Source of the DNA: Haliotis cracherodii
Taxonomy: Eukaryota
Assembly (NCBI RefSeq): GCF_022045235.1
Contig: NW_027266286.1
Location: 21,886,001-21,950,000, forward strand
Direction: 5' to 3'
DNA: 64,000 bases
Part shown: in pieces, positions 37,350-50,720 of the stretch
Layout: each line of letters begins with the position of its first letter
How positions within the stretch are numbered: position 1 is the stretch's first letter
Made by a program: the position numbers and the translations under genes
Notes under the pieces: model-generated
What the model was told of the DNA's origin: nothing
The model's input: only the letters and a program-made list of their open reading frames with translations
Database searches by the model: none

Positions 37350-39620
37350 GCTTTGTTGTTGTTGCATTAAGTGTTTAACAGGTCGCCTTTTGCCAAAGCA
37401 ATTTCGGCTGACCTGTCCCTCTTTGGGACTCCTGTATGTGAGTAGGGTACACATATCTATTGTGAGTTTGGTATTCACAGAATTTCTGTTTTTGTATTGA
37501 TATGATTTCTATTTTCGTATATTGATATAATTTCATTTTTATCTTTGGCTGCTCTGTTTATATACGTTCGAGTAGCTGTCCATCTCTCAAAAATAGAGTT
37601 AGTTTGGCCTTCGCTATTGCATCTCTTGGCTTTAGGAGATCTATGACAAAGGGCGGATCTAACTGCAATTCTTGTTTAACCGAGTCCGGGCTGGGGCTTG
37701 GTCTTGACATTCCAGTAACAAGAGTGAGCAATGGATTCAGCCCAACTGCAAGATGAACAAAACTTGTCATTGTTCTTTGTGTGACCGAGTCTGAGGCGTG
37801 AGATGGCAATTTCAACTTTCCGTTCATTTGAGTGTGAGTTTGGCTTTTGTTGGATCTTGGGTTGAATTTTGTATAGCCATCTGCCGATCTAACTTGCGTC
37901 CCACAGGTCTTGCCATCTTTCTGCTATAGAGGCTTTGATTTTGATTTTTATCTCTAGTTTACTAAAGGGAATAGGCTGTATCTCCGCTTCGTCTAGAGCT
38001 ATTGTGTCTGTTTTTCATTTCTATGAATATCTATGTGAGAGGAGTTCCAACACAGCTCCACCTGTTGCCCTTGGTCCGATAGTTTTGTATATTCGTACAG
38101 AATATTATTGACTGTGTTTTGGCTAGAGTTTGAGTTTCTGCTGCTGATGCCTTGAAGTGCACCTAGCGAGTCTAATAGGACGACTGCCTTTGCTTCCGGA
38201 AGTTCCGGTATGAGTTTGAGTGCATGATGAATTGCCTCCAGGCGAACCGAATGTGCATGGGGTTTGGAGCTGTGGATATGGATCCCGTAACCAGCACTGT
38301 TGTTGATAGGATTCTTGGATCCATCAGTGTATATATGGGCCCAGCTGTCCAAAGTAGTTTGAATTTTAGTGATAGCTACTGATCGTGGTAGGGTTGGATT
38401 TTCCTTTTTAGTGACTTCTGATGTTAAAGCTGTATCTACTTTGGGAGTTTTTAAAGTCCAGGGAGGGTGTAACCCTTTGTAGTGACTTTCTGGAGGCTGA
38501 ATGTCATCACAATTGTGACTTCGGATGAGTTCTTGTACTAGTATCCCAGATGGCTTTAGAGAGGGATTTTTTCCGAGCTAGGGCTTAATCTCGAGTGTTT
38601 TTGTCTTGACATATCTTTTTAACCAAAGGGTTTGATGTTCGTCCCCAGAACGATATTATAGCCTGCTCTCTTCTTAGTTTCGACTTGTAGTGCTTCTAGT
38701 GAAGTGCCTGTGGCCAGCATTAGGGCTTGGTATTGTATTCCGTCGAGGCGGCTCAAGACAGTATTTGATGCTAAGTGAAAGATATCACAACATTTGCCAT
38801 GTTCCCTTCTGCTCCATTTTGTGCTAGTTTTGTGAGGAGTCTGACATGCCAAATCATGTTGAAGACTTTGCTGAAGTCCAGAAATACTGCGGCTACGTAT
38901 TGTCTGTTTAATTGAGCTTTTTTCAATTTCATTTTCCAGTCTTAGATGATAATCTAAATATGAGTGTCCCCTCCTGAAGCCGCTTTGGTCAGGTTTGATG
39001 TGGTTGTTAGTTTAAGGTGATGCATGAGCCTTTTCGTAAACATGGCTTCCATGGCTTTGCACATGTTTGAGGTGAGTAAGATCGGTCGATAAGTATTTGG
39101 TAGGGCTTTGTCTTTACCTTGCTTTAGAAGCAGGATAACTGAAGCATGTTTCCATGCTTTTGGGATTCTCCTTTGGACCATATCGTGCTATACAACTCAG
39201 TGAGTAAGCTTTTGGTTTGATCAGGTAGGTTTTTCAATATCTCGTAGCTGGTTGTGTCAAAACCAGGTGCTGTGCCTTTTCTATGTTGTATCGCATCGTC
39301 AAACTCTTTCACAGTAAATGGGATATTGTATACCAGATGATTGCTTTGCGGCTGTTTTGATATTTAATTCCAGTTTGAATTCTTTGCTTCAATGTTTGTT
39401 GCTGCTGGGTTTCAGCAGCTTCAGTAAGTACTCTTTATACGCTGGTACTGCAAACTGTTATCAAGAGCGTGGCAGAGACTGTGAGTGGGGCTATGGGCTG
39501 TTTCAGGCTTGCCATAGTGTGACTAGATCTCACCCCAGTGTGCTTGCCTTCTGAGCGATGAGTCGACTGTTAGTTGTTGGCTGTTGGCTCGTGTGGCTGT
39601 TGCTGTTCCTATGTTTCTTC
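37350..39620 (-). mobile_element. Decayed I/Nimb-like LINE (RT + RNase H) with (CAA)n tail
   Basis: RT N-terminal motifs GTAPGFD..SYEILKNL and WKHASVILLLKQGK..YRPILLTS. RNase H motifs IYTDGSK, LEAI..AL, LDSLGALQ and WNSSHIDIHRNE. 3' tail ...GGCGACCTGTTAAACAC...CAACAACAAC. Confidence 0.85.
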
Positions 39621-40659
39621 TGGAATGCTCTGTCGGTTTGGTCCTCTTCTGTGCCCCTCCCTGCCTCTGTCGACTTCACTGACGGTGCTGTTTATATAGG
39701 GGTTTCTTTGCTAATTAGCTGCGACCCTGCTCCAGCAGGTTCTCAAGCAGTTGGTGACAACAAGCGTCCAGCTAAATCACCCGGCATTACTGCCAGTCGA
39801 TAAATGGGCCATTAGTGATACTCAAGTTCTCAGAGCGTCACAACAAGCATCCAGTTAAATCAACCGGCATTACTGCCAGTCGCCAAATAGAACATAAGGG
39901 ACCCACAAATCATTAGGGTGTCAAAACACAAGATCGCATGGAGGGTGTCTCCTTTCCTATTACCATGGGTCAGTAACTGATGATCACAATAAGCCCACCT
40001 GCCTACACAGCGTCTGGCCACACTGGATAGTGTTACATATCTAAGTCGTCATACACGCGAGGAACAAATACGTCACAGTATCGAAAAAGAGAATAGTTGC
40101 ACTTTGGGTGACGAAATACCTATCTATCACTACATACCAGCCCACCAATTACAGCACCAGAAGTAAAACCCTGACGACTCGGCCACAGACACCCTCTGAC
40201 ACAGCAACGGAATTGGGCGACAACGATAGTAACTTAGAGGGGACTAACACTAACAACAATCCTCCAGTTGCAATCAACAGGGTCCCACCTCATCCACAGG
40301 CTCCACATGTGTTATATGTGGGAAGCTTTGTACCTAAACTTACTGGCACAGGCAATGGCTAAAGAAGATTGTCTGTGACAGCACCAGTCACTGACAGACG
40401 CTAACTACATGAACCTTTTGTCCCTACATTCAGAAGGCCCTGTCGCTACCTCCTTTGGACTCCATCCGAACCACAACAATCCCAGCACAGTTGGAAGTCC
40501 TCTTCACACAGAGGTTTGCTGATATATCATTACTGATAGCTTTCCTGTCCGACCACGAGGATTGCAATGCATCCAGTTCTTCCTTAATTGATCGCATTAA
40601 GGTGAAGACAGCTGGCATCCGGGTAAGCCTTCAAACCTAACCCTTGATCTCAGCAAAGC

Positions 40660-40945
40660 CATACTGAATAATGCTCAGGATTCTCTATTTTCTAGACTTC
40701 TTAAAGGAAACAGGAATGGAACACACATTGGCTGCTGATACGACTGACCTTGGTATTTCTAACCTATATTCACATAGAATAGACACAGTGACTGTCTGCT
40801 CATCAAACGGATTGACAGACCAAGGAACTACTTGACGTTGGGTTCATAGAACCCTCCATGGCAAAACCCTTTTAACTTAGTAAGAAGAAATCAAGTGAGT
40901 TCCGTTTTGCCATAGATTACAGATCTGTGAATAATAATACTCTTC
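40660..40945 (+). mobile_element. Gypsy RT N-terminal remnant
   Basis: Translates KKKSSEFRFAIDYRSVN. Confidence 0.55.
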
Positions 40946-40975
40946 AGCGCACGCACACACACACACCATGGTGAT

Positions 40976-41920
40976 TCATGGAAGCATGCTCATGATATGG
41001 TCGGGATTTACAATCGATTCTGCTTTGGGCAGAGTTTTCTTATGAAAATGGAAGGGGTTTGTCGCTTTTATTAATATCGTAAAGAAGTTCTTGTCAAATC
41101 CGAATAGATACATTATTCCAAATAAAGTCTTCTTGTCTTGACCTGAAGCTTCTCTTGCTGTATAGGTCATTGAGCTGATAATTGAAATGAATGGGTATTG
41201 TATAAATATGTCCGAAGTTCCACCTTTAAAGAACATTTTTTGGCTAGTTTATTGAACACGATGAGTTCCCATTAGTCACAATAACATTCTAGTATATCAA
41301 TTTTGTTTTGCAAATAACCAACTATGCTTCAAAACATTATACTTTCATCTGCAGATAGAAGAAGGAAAATACATACAACATCTGAATGTAGTTGAATACG
41401 GTTGGCACCAATATTATGAATCTCTAATGATAATAAAAACAATATAATAATAAAGGACTCAATATGCATCCTTGTCGCACACCAAATTTCCATTCATACG
41501 TTACACCCTTGTCTCTCACACACGTTTTCTTATATACTATACATTAATTTCAACGTGAATTAAACAGCCTCCATAATTTACATCAATATACCGAATCAAA
41601 CCCTTTAGAAAAGTCAACAAATAGCGCATAAGGTTTTCCACGTGTCTTGCTGATGTAGGGCTGCATTGTAGATTGTCGTACACAATTATTATCTACTGTT
41701 GAATAGCCTACACTAAAACTACCTTGATATTCAGATATTTTATTCGTAGCATGGACCGAAAATACAAATATCTTGTTAATATCAAAAGTAAATATTTTAT
41801 TGAAGATTCATAACAGAGTTATCAATCTGTAATTATTGACATCATTGGAAACACCGATATTATGAAGCGTAACTAAAATCCCTGTGAAATTGTGCTTGTG
41901 AAACCATTATTTGTAATAAT
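40976..41920 (-). mobile_element. Old L2/CR1-group RT fragment
   Basis: Degenerate FVDFSKGFDS, GVRQGCILSPLL and LLSADE motifs. Confidence 0.7.
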
Positions 41921-42407
41921 CGTCCGATGCTGTTGCTGTTTGCAAAGAAACTAATGAAATACACAAAAACTGTCAGCAATATTACAAATACTTTCAAAAT
42001 AATTTGTACAAATTTTCTCACAGCCCAGAAGGTCTTTGACTGATATTAGTTTATAAAGACACTGCCTAGTAAGTCGTATACAAGAAAAGTAGTACAGTAA
42101 AGTTATTTCAAAACCAACTGACTACATTTCATCTATTAATTATAGACCCATCAAGGGTGGGTGCAGACAGACAGGTTATAGACAGCTCTTTCATTGTGGT
42201 GTAAGCTTTTCATGAATAAATACACTTTCGGATTGTGGGCTCACTAAGAAGTCAGCGTGACATTAGCTGCATGTTTTGTAATGGTAATTACGTGTTGTTG
42301 ATATGCATGTCAAACAAGCTATCCACTTGGTGTCTAAACATCACGCAACTCTCTGAGATTTTAAAGGTGAGTCGTAACGGATTGCCTTGTTACACAGACG
42401 TGGTCGT

Positions 42408-42497
42408 AGGTGGGGCTAGGCGGTGGGGCTAGGCGGTGGGGCTAGGGGGTGGGGCTAGGGGGTGGGGCTAGGGGGGTGTGGCTAGGGGGAGTGGGGA
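42408..42497 (+). repeat. G-rich 13-bp repeat (GGTGGGGCTAGGS), G-quadruplex prone
   Basis: More than 8 G-runs of 4-6 nt. Confidence 0.85.
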
Positions 42498-43303
42498 TAC
42501 ACGTGATCGGGCAATATGAAACACAGGCAGTCAGGCAACGCAGTGTCCTGCCAAATTTTCCTAGATTCCTGGATATGTTTGATACCCTGGAATCCCCACG
42601 GAGCGATAGTGCTGAATACACTGGTACAAACGAGGTTGTTAACATGTAACTAGGTTGGGCAATACAAACATACACTGGAAACACTGATTCGGGACATAGT
42701 TTTGTTTATGTAAAGTTTGGGCATGGCAGGCATTCCCTGCAGCCATTACGCCCTTTGAACAACACACGTGTTCGGGTTAAGCGGAAGCGTTACCACTGTA
42801 AATTGGGTTTCAAACGATTATGGATTGTCGTGTACACAGCATAGTGTACATGTAAATATACACAGTATAGGGTGCACGTAAAGATAGACAGTATATAGGC
42901 CAGGAGAAATAGAGTTTGACCCTAAACAAATTGCCACAGAAATAAATCAAGCTGTTTTGTACTCAGTCAACATCAGTGAACACTATACTATACTATACTA
43001 TACTAGTCTTGAATGCACTGAGGGGAAACATTTTAATTCGACTCTAATTAAATAATTAATATTTTGAAAAATATGAATTTTTTTTTTGAAATGTGACATA
43101 TCATTTTAAAGCTTTTGACAAAACAGTATACTTTATTACTTAAGTAAATTCATAAAATTAATTGATTCTTAATTATTTAACTTTTTCATTGATTTTGATT
43201 AATTGGTATAATTACAAGAGAAATGTACCGAGAACATGTTTGTAACTACTCTCTGGAAAGCTCATATCAGTCACTCTGTAGTGATATACACATAACATAA
43301 TGA

Positions 43304-43474
43304 GGGGCGGTCGGGTAGCCTAAGGGTTAAAGCGTTCGCTTGTCACGCCGAAGACCCGGGTTCGATTCCCGACATGGGTACCATGTGTGAAGCCCATTTC
43401 TGGTGTCCCCCGCCGTGATATTGCTGGAATATTGCTAAAAGCGGCGTAAAACCATACTCACTCACTCACTCACT
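43304..43474 (+). mobile_element. SINE family B copy
   Basis: A/B boxes, shared tail and (ACTC)n. Confidence 0.9.
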
Positions 43475-43719
43475 ATTACATAAAGAGCATGCCTTTTACA
43501 ATATTTAAGAGACAAGAAACTCACCTAAGTATTTCCAGATGTAATTGGTTGGATTAAATAATTGCAAATCTGCCATTGTTGTGCATGTCTTATAATTTCT
43601 CTCGCCATCCTTGTTTACCTGTGAAAACCAGACCATATGTGCAAATTACCTCAAGCACTACATACACTATTAAAGGTTCATTCCACTGTTCAGTGAGATA
43701 CTTGATTGTGTCTGAAAAT

Positions 43720-45930
43720 TCACAATGAATAATTCGCAATTGTTACAATGGTACTGTAACACGATTCACTGAAGCCACCCACCAACTTGATCATGCACTT
43801 TTGAACCAATGAGCAGATGTTTAAATCTTCACCAGCTGCACTTATATTGGCACAGCTGACACCCATACACTCGCCACATGCAGTAGAACAATCAAGGCCA
43901 TGCCTCCTACAAGAATATTTCATGGACATAACACTCAGTTTTACAGTTACATCTGATCACTTTGAGGATTGACTGTGGAGCCGCTGGCATATCTGTCTGG
44001 ATAGGTATTAACTTGCCTTGGCAGATTTTCCAACCCCACTCTGCAGGGTGTATATTAGTCTGTCTTACAGACCCTGATACAAATATATCAAATACAGCCC
44101 ATGCAAGTCTATAATGTTTGGCAAGTCTAGATCACTGCAGTATCAGGAATGAAGAGAGTCACTGGGCTCCTTTTACTATATTTTTATTAAGATAACTGAA
44201 CAACTGTTTTTTTCTGTACGCTATGTTCATTTCAGAGACTAGATGTTAGTCTAGTTGTATATCACCTGATCTGTCTGCCCAGTCAGAATCTGGTAGAACA
44301 CTCTGTAGCTGTGAAAGCGAGCAGCATTTTGTGTTTGACTGGGGCTTGACACACGAAAAGCTGATTGACACCTTTCCGCAAAATTTCCTGTACCTGAGTT
44401 GGTCTCGTGTCACGCCAGGTTTTCCTCCACATAGGCACACTAGGACTGCTTATCCTGCCTTGGCAACATCGTCATGTGAAGACTCGGGATTAAGAAATAT
44501 CATTGCCTGAGAACAAAAACGTGAACACTTACTGATGTTCTTTAAAGCAAGTCCCTTGTCCAGTCCATACAGCCTCGATGTTGTGTCACATCCAAGTATA
44601 GCATGAACAAAGAGTATACTCTCACACATCCAGGGGCCAAGGATAGCTTTTGTTCTCTTGATATCCCCAATCCTCTGTTGCTTCTGCTTCCCTTGTTTCA
44701 CTTCTGACTTGAAGAAAAGCTCTGACTCTGTATCAGCGTGATAGCAAAGAAGAACTAGGAGGTCTGTGTCATCACTGATGAGAACTGTTGGTCCCTGTTT
44801 CGCTTCTTCTATAGGTTTCTGTACAATAAGAAGATCCGCATCAGACCCAGCATGGTGAGTTGTGCATCCATTTGCTGTCTACTATTGTCTCATAGCGCAG
44901 AATTCCAAGACTGTAGATGCTGATATATAGTGAAGAAGTTTAAGCCGCCCAAGCTGCAACAGATCCTCAGCTTTCACATTTGTCTTCATGACATGGATGC
45001 TTGTCTTCGTTCCTGGGCCTCGTTCCTCAAAGCGATCTTAGCGCTACAATGATCTTAAGCCTATGTTAAAGTATGGGACTTACGATCAAATTAGCGCTAA
45101 AATTGCCTTGAGGAACGGGGCCCTGGTGTAACTGTCGCAGTCATGCCCACACGGTGCAATGTGTTTGATCCATCAAGAGTTCAGGTCCACATTGTCTGCA
45201 ACATACTCAATGATGTTTCCAAAGCTTCCTAGACCTATTTCCGGGATGTCAGTTCCCTTGATGATAGCAGCACTTCTCTCAAAACCTTTCACTTCATTAT
45301 AGGAACTGCAGAAGCCATGAGGTATCCACAAGCAATCTGGAAGCAAACTGATGGTGCATTTGCACGGCAAGTCCTATCTGAAGTGGAGCTGTGAGAAATC
45401 GTGGCCTGCATTATTGATTGCGCTAGAACAGCTATCTTGATATCAACATGTTTTCTCGGAATCAGTTCTGTCAGGAAACAATGTAACACCTCCAAGGACG
45501 CTTCTAAGGATGCCATTTCATCACATGAAGGATACCTCTCATTGTTGACCTCCACTGACTTAATGTCCTGCTTTATAAGCTTGGCTGCTGTTTGGACAAT
45601 CTGCAGTTTTTCTTTCTCAATGTCTTTCTTTTTTGGGTTGCTGATAGAAGTCATGAAGAATGGACGAGGCCGTACTTGTAAATGTAACAACATTATGTTT
45701 TCCAATGATATCAGTTATGATGATTCTGTCTCCAAAATGTTCATGCAAACGCTTCTTCACATAGGGATGGCTGTATGCTTCAACATCTGTTTCCTTTAAG
45801 TCAGTAACAGAAATCTGTTCATCATCATTTTCCTCAAGGAAGTGTGCTACAGATTCAAAAGCTGCTGTCCTTTCAAAATCTTCTGGTCGTCTCTGTTTAG
45901 ACTTCTTGGGAGGGTCTTCAGTTTTGTCAA
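43720..45930 (-). mobile_element. Decayed Academ (AcademX-type) DNA transposon protein: transposase region, XPG-like nuclease, Cys-rich C-terminus
   Basis: AFESVAHFLEENDDEQ, YVADNVD, DADLLIVQ, DTDLLVLLCYH, HAILGCDTTS and CRRHGLDCSTACGECMGVSCAN motifs. Confidence 0.75.
45016..45122. mobile_element. PIF/Harbinger-like hairpin MITE
   Basis: GGCC...GGCC termini and CTG TSD. Second copy at 52685-52781, partial copy at ~11125-11190. Confidence 0.8.
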
Positions 45931-45936
45931 ATTGAG

Positions 45937-47640
45937 TCAGTGCAGGTAAAGATACACAGTATAGAGCGCAGGTAAAAATACACAGTATAGATTTTCAGGT
46001 TTAGGATACACAGCATAGAGTGCAGGTAAAGATACACAGTATAGAGTGCAGATAAAGATACACAGTATAGAGTGAAGGAAGGATACACAGTAAAGAGTGC
46101 AGGTAAAGATACACAGTATAGAGTGAAGGTAAATATACACAGTACAGAGTGCAGGTAAAGATACACAGTAAAGAGTGCAGGTAAAGATACACAGTATAGA
46201 GTGAAGGAAGGATACACAGTATAGAGTGCAGGTAAAGATACACAGTATAGAGTGCAGGTAAAGATACACAGTATAGATTTTGAGGTTTAAAATACACAGA
46301 ATAGAGTGCGGGTAAAGATACACAGTATAGATTTTGAGGTTTAAAATACACAGAATAGAGTGCAGATAAAGATACACAGCATAGAGTGCAGGTAAAGATA
46401 CACAGTATAGAGTGAAGGTAAAGATACACAGTATAGAGTGCACGTTAAGATACAGAGTATAGAGTGCAGGTAAAGATCCACGGCATAGAGAGCAGGTAGA
46501 GATACACAGTATAGAGTGCAGGTAAAGATACACTGTATAGATTTTCAGGTTTAGGATACACAGTATAGAGTGCAGGTAAAGATACACAGTATAGATTTTC
46601 AGGTTTAGGATACACAGTATAGAGTGCAGGTAAAGATACACAGTATAGAGTGCAGGAAAAGATACACAGTATAGAGTGCAGGTAAAGATACACAGTATAG
46701 AGTGCAGGTAAAGATACACAGTATAGAGTGCAGGAAAAGATACACAGTATAGAGTGCAGGAAAAGATACACAGTATAGAGTGCAGGTACAGATACACAGT
46801 ATAGAGTGCAGGTAAAGATACACAGTATAGAGTGCAGGTAAAGATACACAGTATAGAGTGAAGGAAGACTACACAGTATAGAGTGCAGGTAAAGATACAC
46901 AGTATAGAGTGCAGGTAAAGATACACAGTATAGAGTGAAGGAAGGATACACAGTATAGAGCGCAGGTAAAGATACACAGTATAGAGTGCAGGTAAAGATA
47001 CACAGTATAGAGTGCAGGTAAAGATACACAGTATAGAGTGCAGGTAAAGATACACAGTATAGAGTGCAGGTAAAGATAAACAGTATAGAGTGAAGGAAGA
47101 ATACACAGTATAGAGTGAAGGAAGAATACACAGTATAGAGTGCAGGTAAAGATACACAGTATAGAGTGCAGGTAAAGATACACAGCATAAAGTGCGGGTA
47201 AAGATACACAGTATAGAGTGAAGGAAAAGATAAACAGTATAGAGTGCAGGTAAAGATAAACAGTATAGAGTGAAGGAAGAATACACAGTATAGAGTGAAG
47301 GAAGAATACACAGTATAGAGTGCAGGTAAAGATACACAGCATAGAGTGCAGGAAAAGATACACAGTATAGAATGCAGGTAAAGATACACAGTATAGAGTG
47401 AAGGAAGAATACACAGTATAGAGTGCAGATAAAGATACACAGTTTAGAGTGCAGGTACAGATACACAGTATAGAGTGCAGGAAAAGATACACAGTATAGA
47501 GTGCAGGAAAAGATACACAGTATAGAGTGCAGGAAAAGATACACAGTATAGAGTGCAGGGAAAGCTTTACAGTATAGAAAGCAGGTACAGATACACAGTA
47601 TAGAGTGCAGGGAAAGCTTTACAGTATAGAAGGCACGGAA
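45937..47640. repeat. 26-bp satellite, ~65 copies
   Basis: Unit GATACACAGTATAGAGTGCAGGTAAA. A few related units at 42832-42905. Confidence 0.97.
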
Positions 47641-48005
47641 AGCTACACTGGTTAGTTGAATATCTTCTCCGTACGCATGCGTTCCCAAATCTGGTTTGGC
47701 TTTGTTTCAGGACATACTCTAGTTACCCCCCTCCTCTCCCGCCCCCCATTTCCCCCGTTCTATATTGAAGTGCTTAAAATAGCACCAATGTAGGCCGATG
47801 CTGCCTGGTACCGTGAAACTGGAGACTTAGCCAGTCGTGCAATAATAGCAAAGATTCCCTGTACACAATATGTAGACTGGTATTCCATCTTGAATACGAT
47901 ACATCGATGCACTTATGACACACTCAAGTAATATATAACACGCATTTTTTGGATTTCCCTATATATCTGTGAAACATCCATTAAGTAGCTTTTTGTCAGT
48001 TTCAG

Positions 48006-48041
48006 CAGAGACCACATAATAGATCTATTATATGGTCTCTG
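48006..48041. mobile_element. 36-bp palindromic micro-element with 7-bp direct flanks
   Basis: CAGAGACCACATAATAGA|TCTATTATATGGTCTCTG flanked by GTTTCAG on both sides. Confidence 0.65.
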
Positions 48042-48225
48042 GTTTCAGCAGACGATGGTTATAAATGTGGATATTTGTTTTGTTTTTGAACAACCACAGC
48101 GTCACGTGGTACCGTCTATCCCATAATTCAGGGCGAATTGACTTTCATCAAACGGTACATGATAAAATAAACGAAGAATTGTTCGTTAAATGCTCGTATT
48201 GCATTGCATATTGATATAATAGTCA

Positions 48226-48425
48226 GTGAGTGAGTGAGTTTGGTTTAACACCGCTTTTAACATTATTCGTGTCAGCTTAATGTTGGAGGAAAGCCAAAAG
48301 TTATGCAGGTCTCAGACGTTTACCACATCAGTGAAACCCACGAGCACGAGTATGGTGCTGACAAACCTAGAAACATAATTGGGGCGAATCGCGATTCGGA
48401 CCCATAATCATAGGTTCCTGGCGTC
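48226..48425 (-). mobile_element. SINE family A, truncated
   Basis: Homology to the family A 3' part. Confidence 0.85.
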
Positions 48426-48504
48426 GTAATAATAATAATAATAAAACTAATAATGATGATAATGATGATGATGATCATTATTATTTTTATTATTATTATT
48501 ATAA

Positions 48505-49405
48505 AAATCTGGAGTTCAGAGCTGAACGCTCGCAACAAAGTCAAAGCCACAAATACTTATGCTGTGTCCGTCCTTTCGTATTCTTTTGGTGTTGTTGATC
48601 GGACGAAACAAGAAATTCAGGGTATTGACACCCTCACACGCAGAATCATGTCAGACAATAGATCCCACCACACTTGCTCTTCCCTCAATCGCTTATATTT
48701 TCCAGTCATTGTGGGAGGGCGTGGTTTGATTAACGTTGGGGCTCTTCATGATAGAATTGTTTTGTACACTTTTGCACAGATTTATTTGTCTGATGATCCT
48801 CTTGTGAAGCATATCAAGACTCATGATGAAAACAAGGCATTCCACAGATTTCTAAAACGAGCCAAGGATGTGGGACATAATCTCAATGTCGCTGTTGATT
48901 TTGTTGATGGTTCTGTACAGCTGGACGGTACAGAAATGAGTGTCAACCAATGATTGTCGTCTGGGCTGAAAAGTGAAACAGAAGGCTTTATGTTTGCTGC
49001 TCAGGACCAGTCACTTCCCACTCGATACCATCAATGTGTGATTTTGCATCAAAATGTAAATATGAAATGTAGATTATGTAATGAATTTAATGAGACTGTC
49101 CAACACATCGTCAGTGGATGCCCAGCTTTGACACAAACACAGAATCTTAAACGACATCATGGTGTAGCTCGATCATGTTATTATCGTCTTCGACATGCTT
49201 GTGGTTTTGACACAGAGGTCCACCCAGGGAACGACCAAGAATATGTAGAGGGCGTCATGGAAAATGATAAATACAAAATTCTTTGGAATAGGCCCATTTA
49301 CAACCTCAGACTTATCCAGGCCAACAAACCTGATCTTGTCCTTTTTGATAAATCCAATGAAATCATTTATATCACTGAAATTTCTGTCCCCTTTGACCCT
49401 TATGT
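48505..49405 (+). mobile_element. R4/Dong-clade non-LTR retrotransposon C-terminal fragment (RT thumb, CCHC, restriction-like endonuclease)
   Basis: NKVKATNTYAV..LSYSFG, RLY..GGRGL, ETEGFMFAAQDQSL, CRLC..ETVQHIVSGC, RH..VA and KPDLV..D..EISVP motifs. Abuts (TAA)n/(TGA)n. Confidence 0.88.
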
Positions 49406-49862
49406 TGTGTGCAGTTTGATATCTAAATTGAAATTAATAAGATAAAGTATGTTTTACGAGTAAGTTAGCAAGCACTTACAGTCAACCAATGACCGTTTGC
49501 CAGGCTGTACAACAGTGTAACAAAGTACTAAATGTACCGAATAGTCCTTTAACAACCTCTCCAAGGCTAGACGTGTGTTTGTTATCGGTCCACAAAGAAG
49601 TCAATATTTTGCGTGGAAGAACTCGGTTATCACACATGTGGGCAGAACGCGGTGCTCGCTGTCGTGTCCAACACTCTCTTTCACACAACAAACAGTCCAC
49701 AGCGCCGTCAGCCGGCCGACACAGTCTACTCGCAAACAACGAGTTGTAAAATTTGAATTTGCAACATAATACCATTGTCTTATTTCTCTTCGTTAACAGT
49801 GCAGTGGGCCGTGTCAGTTGTTGAAAACTTCATAACGTCTTGATATACACCTACGGAGAAGG

Positions 49863-49977
49863 ATGTCATTCCCCAGCCTCATCACCAAGAAGAGGAATAA
49901 GGAGGAACTGACTAGGGAAGACATCGAAGCCTTCGTCAACGGCATCGCTGACCAAAGCGTGCAGGACTCCCAGATCG
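49863..49977 (+). CDS. TYMP: Thymidine phosphorylase, coding exon 1
   Basis: MSFPSLITKKRNKEELTREDIEAFVNGIADQSVQDSQI(G). In-frame stop upstream at 49833; donor G|GTAGGT. Not in the ORF track. Confidence 0.92.
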
Positions 49978-50139
49978 GTAGGTAGGGGCTTTAGGGAGAT
50001 TGTACGTTTTGGCGGAGGCGGCTGCACAGCCATTGTTACATTCATGCAATACTTGTGTACATAGAGTGCATGTGGGTTTCGGGCATGTTAGTTATAAGGT
50101 TTGATCAAACATCCACGTGTATGTTGTGTCATTCATACC

Positions 50140-50720
50140 AGGTACTATTATTGGCCATATATTGGCCATATTGGCCATATTGGCCATATATATATTGCAT
50201 ACTGTGGTACTGCTGTAGATGGTTGTATATTCAGTTATGCAATATATGCCTTGACATATACATATATATCTGGTACTGCTGTAGATGGTTGTGTTTTCAA
50301 TTATGCAATATGTGCCTTGACATATATATCAGGTACTGCTGTAGTTGGTCATATATTCAGTTATGCAATATGTGCCTTGACATATATATCAGGTACTGCT
50401 GTAGTTGGTCATATATTCAGTTATGCAATATCTGCCTTGACATATAAGGTACTGCTGTAGTTGGTCATATATTCAGTTATGCAATATGTGCCTTGACATA
50501 TATATCAGGTACTGCTGTAGTTGGTCATATATTCAGTTATGCAATATGTGCCTTGACATATATATCAGGTACTGCTGTAGTTGGTCATATATTCAGTTAT
50601 GCAATATGTGTCTTGACATATAAGGTACTGCTGTAGTTGGTCATATATTCAGTTATGCAATATGTGCTTGATATACAAGGTACTGCTGTAGATGGTTGTA
50701 TATTCAGTTATGCAATACAT
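50140..50720. repeat. ~56-60-bp minisatellite, ~9 copies, preceded by (TATTGGCCA)n
   Basis: Unit GGTACTGCTGTAGTTGGTCATATATTCAGTTATGCAATATGTGCCTTGACATATATATCA. Confidence 0.93.

Noticed and set aside
45937-47688. 583-aa and overlapping hydrophobic/Cys-rich ORFs
   Set aside because: Translations of the 26-bp satellite, open in several frames, with no domain or splice context.
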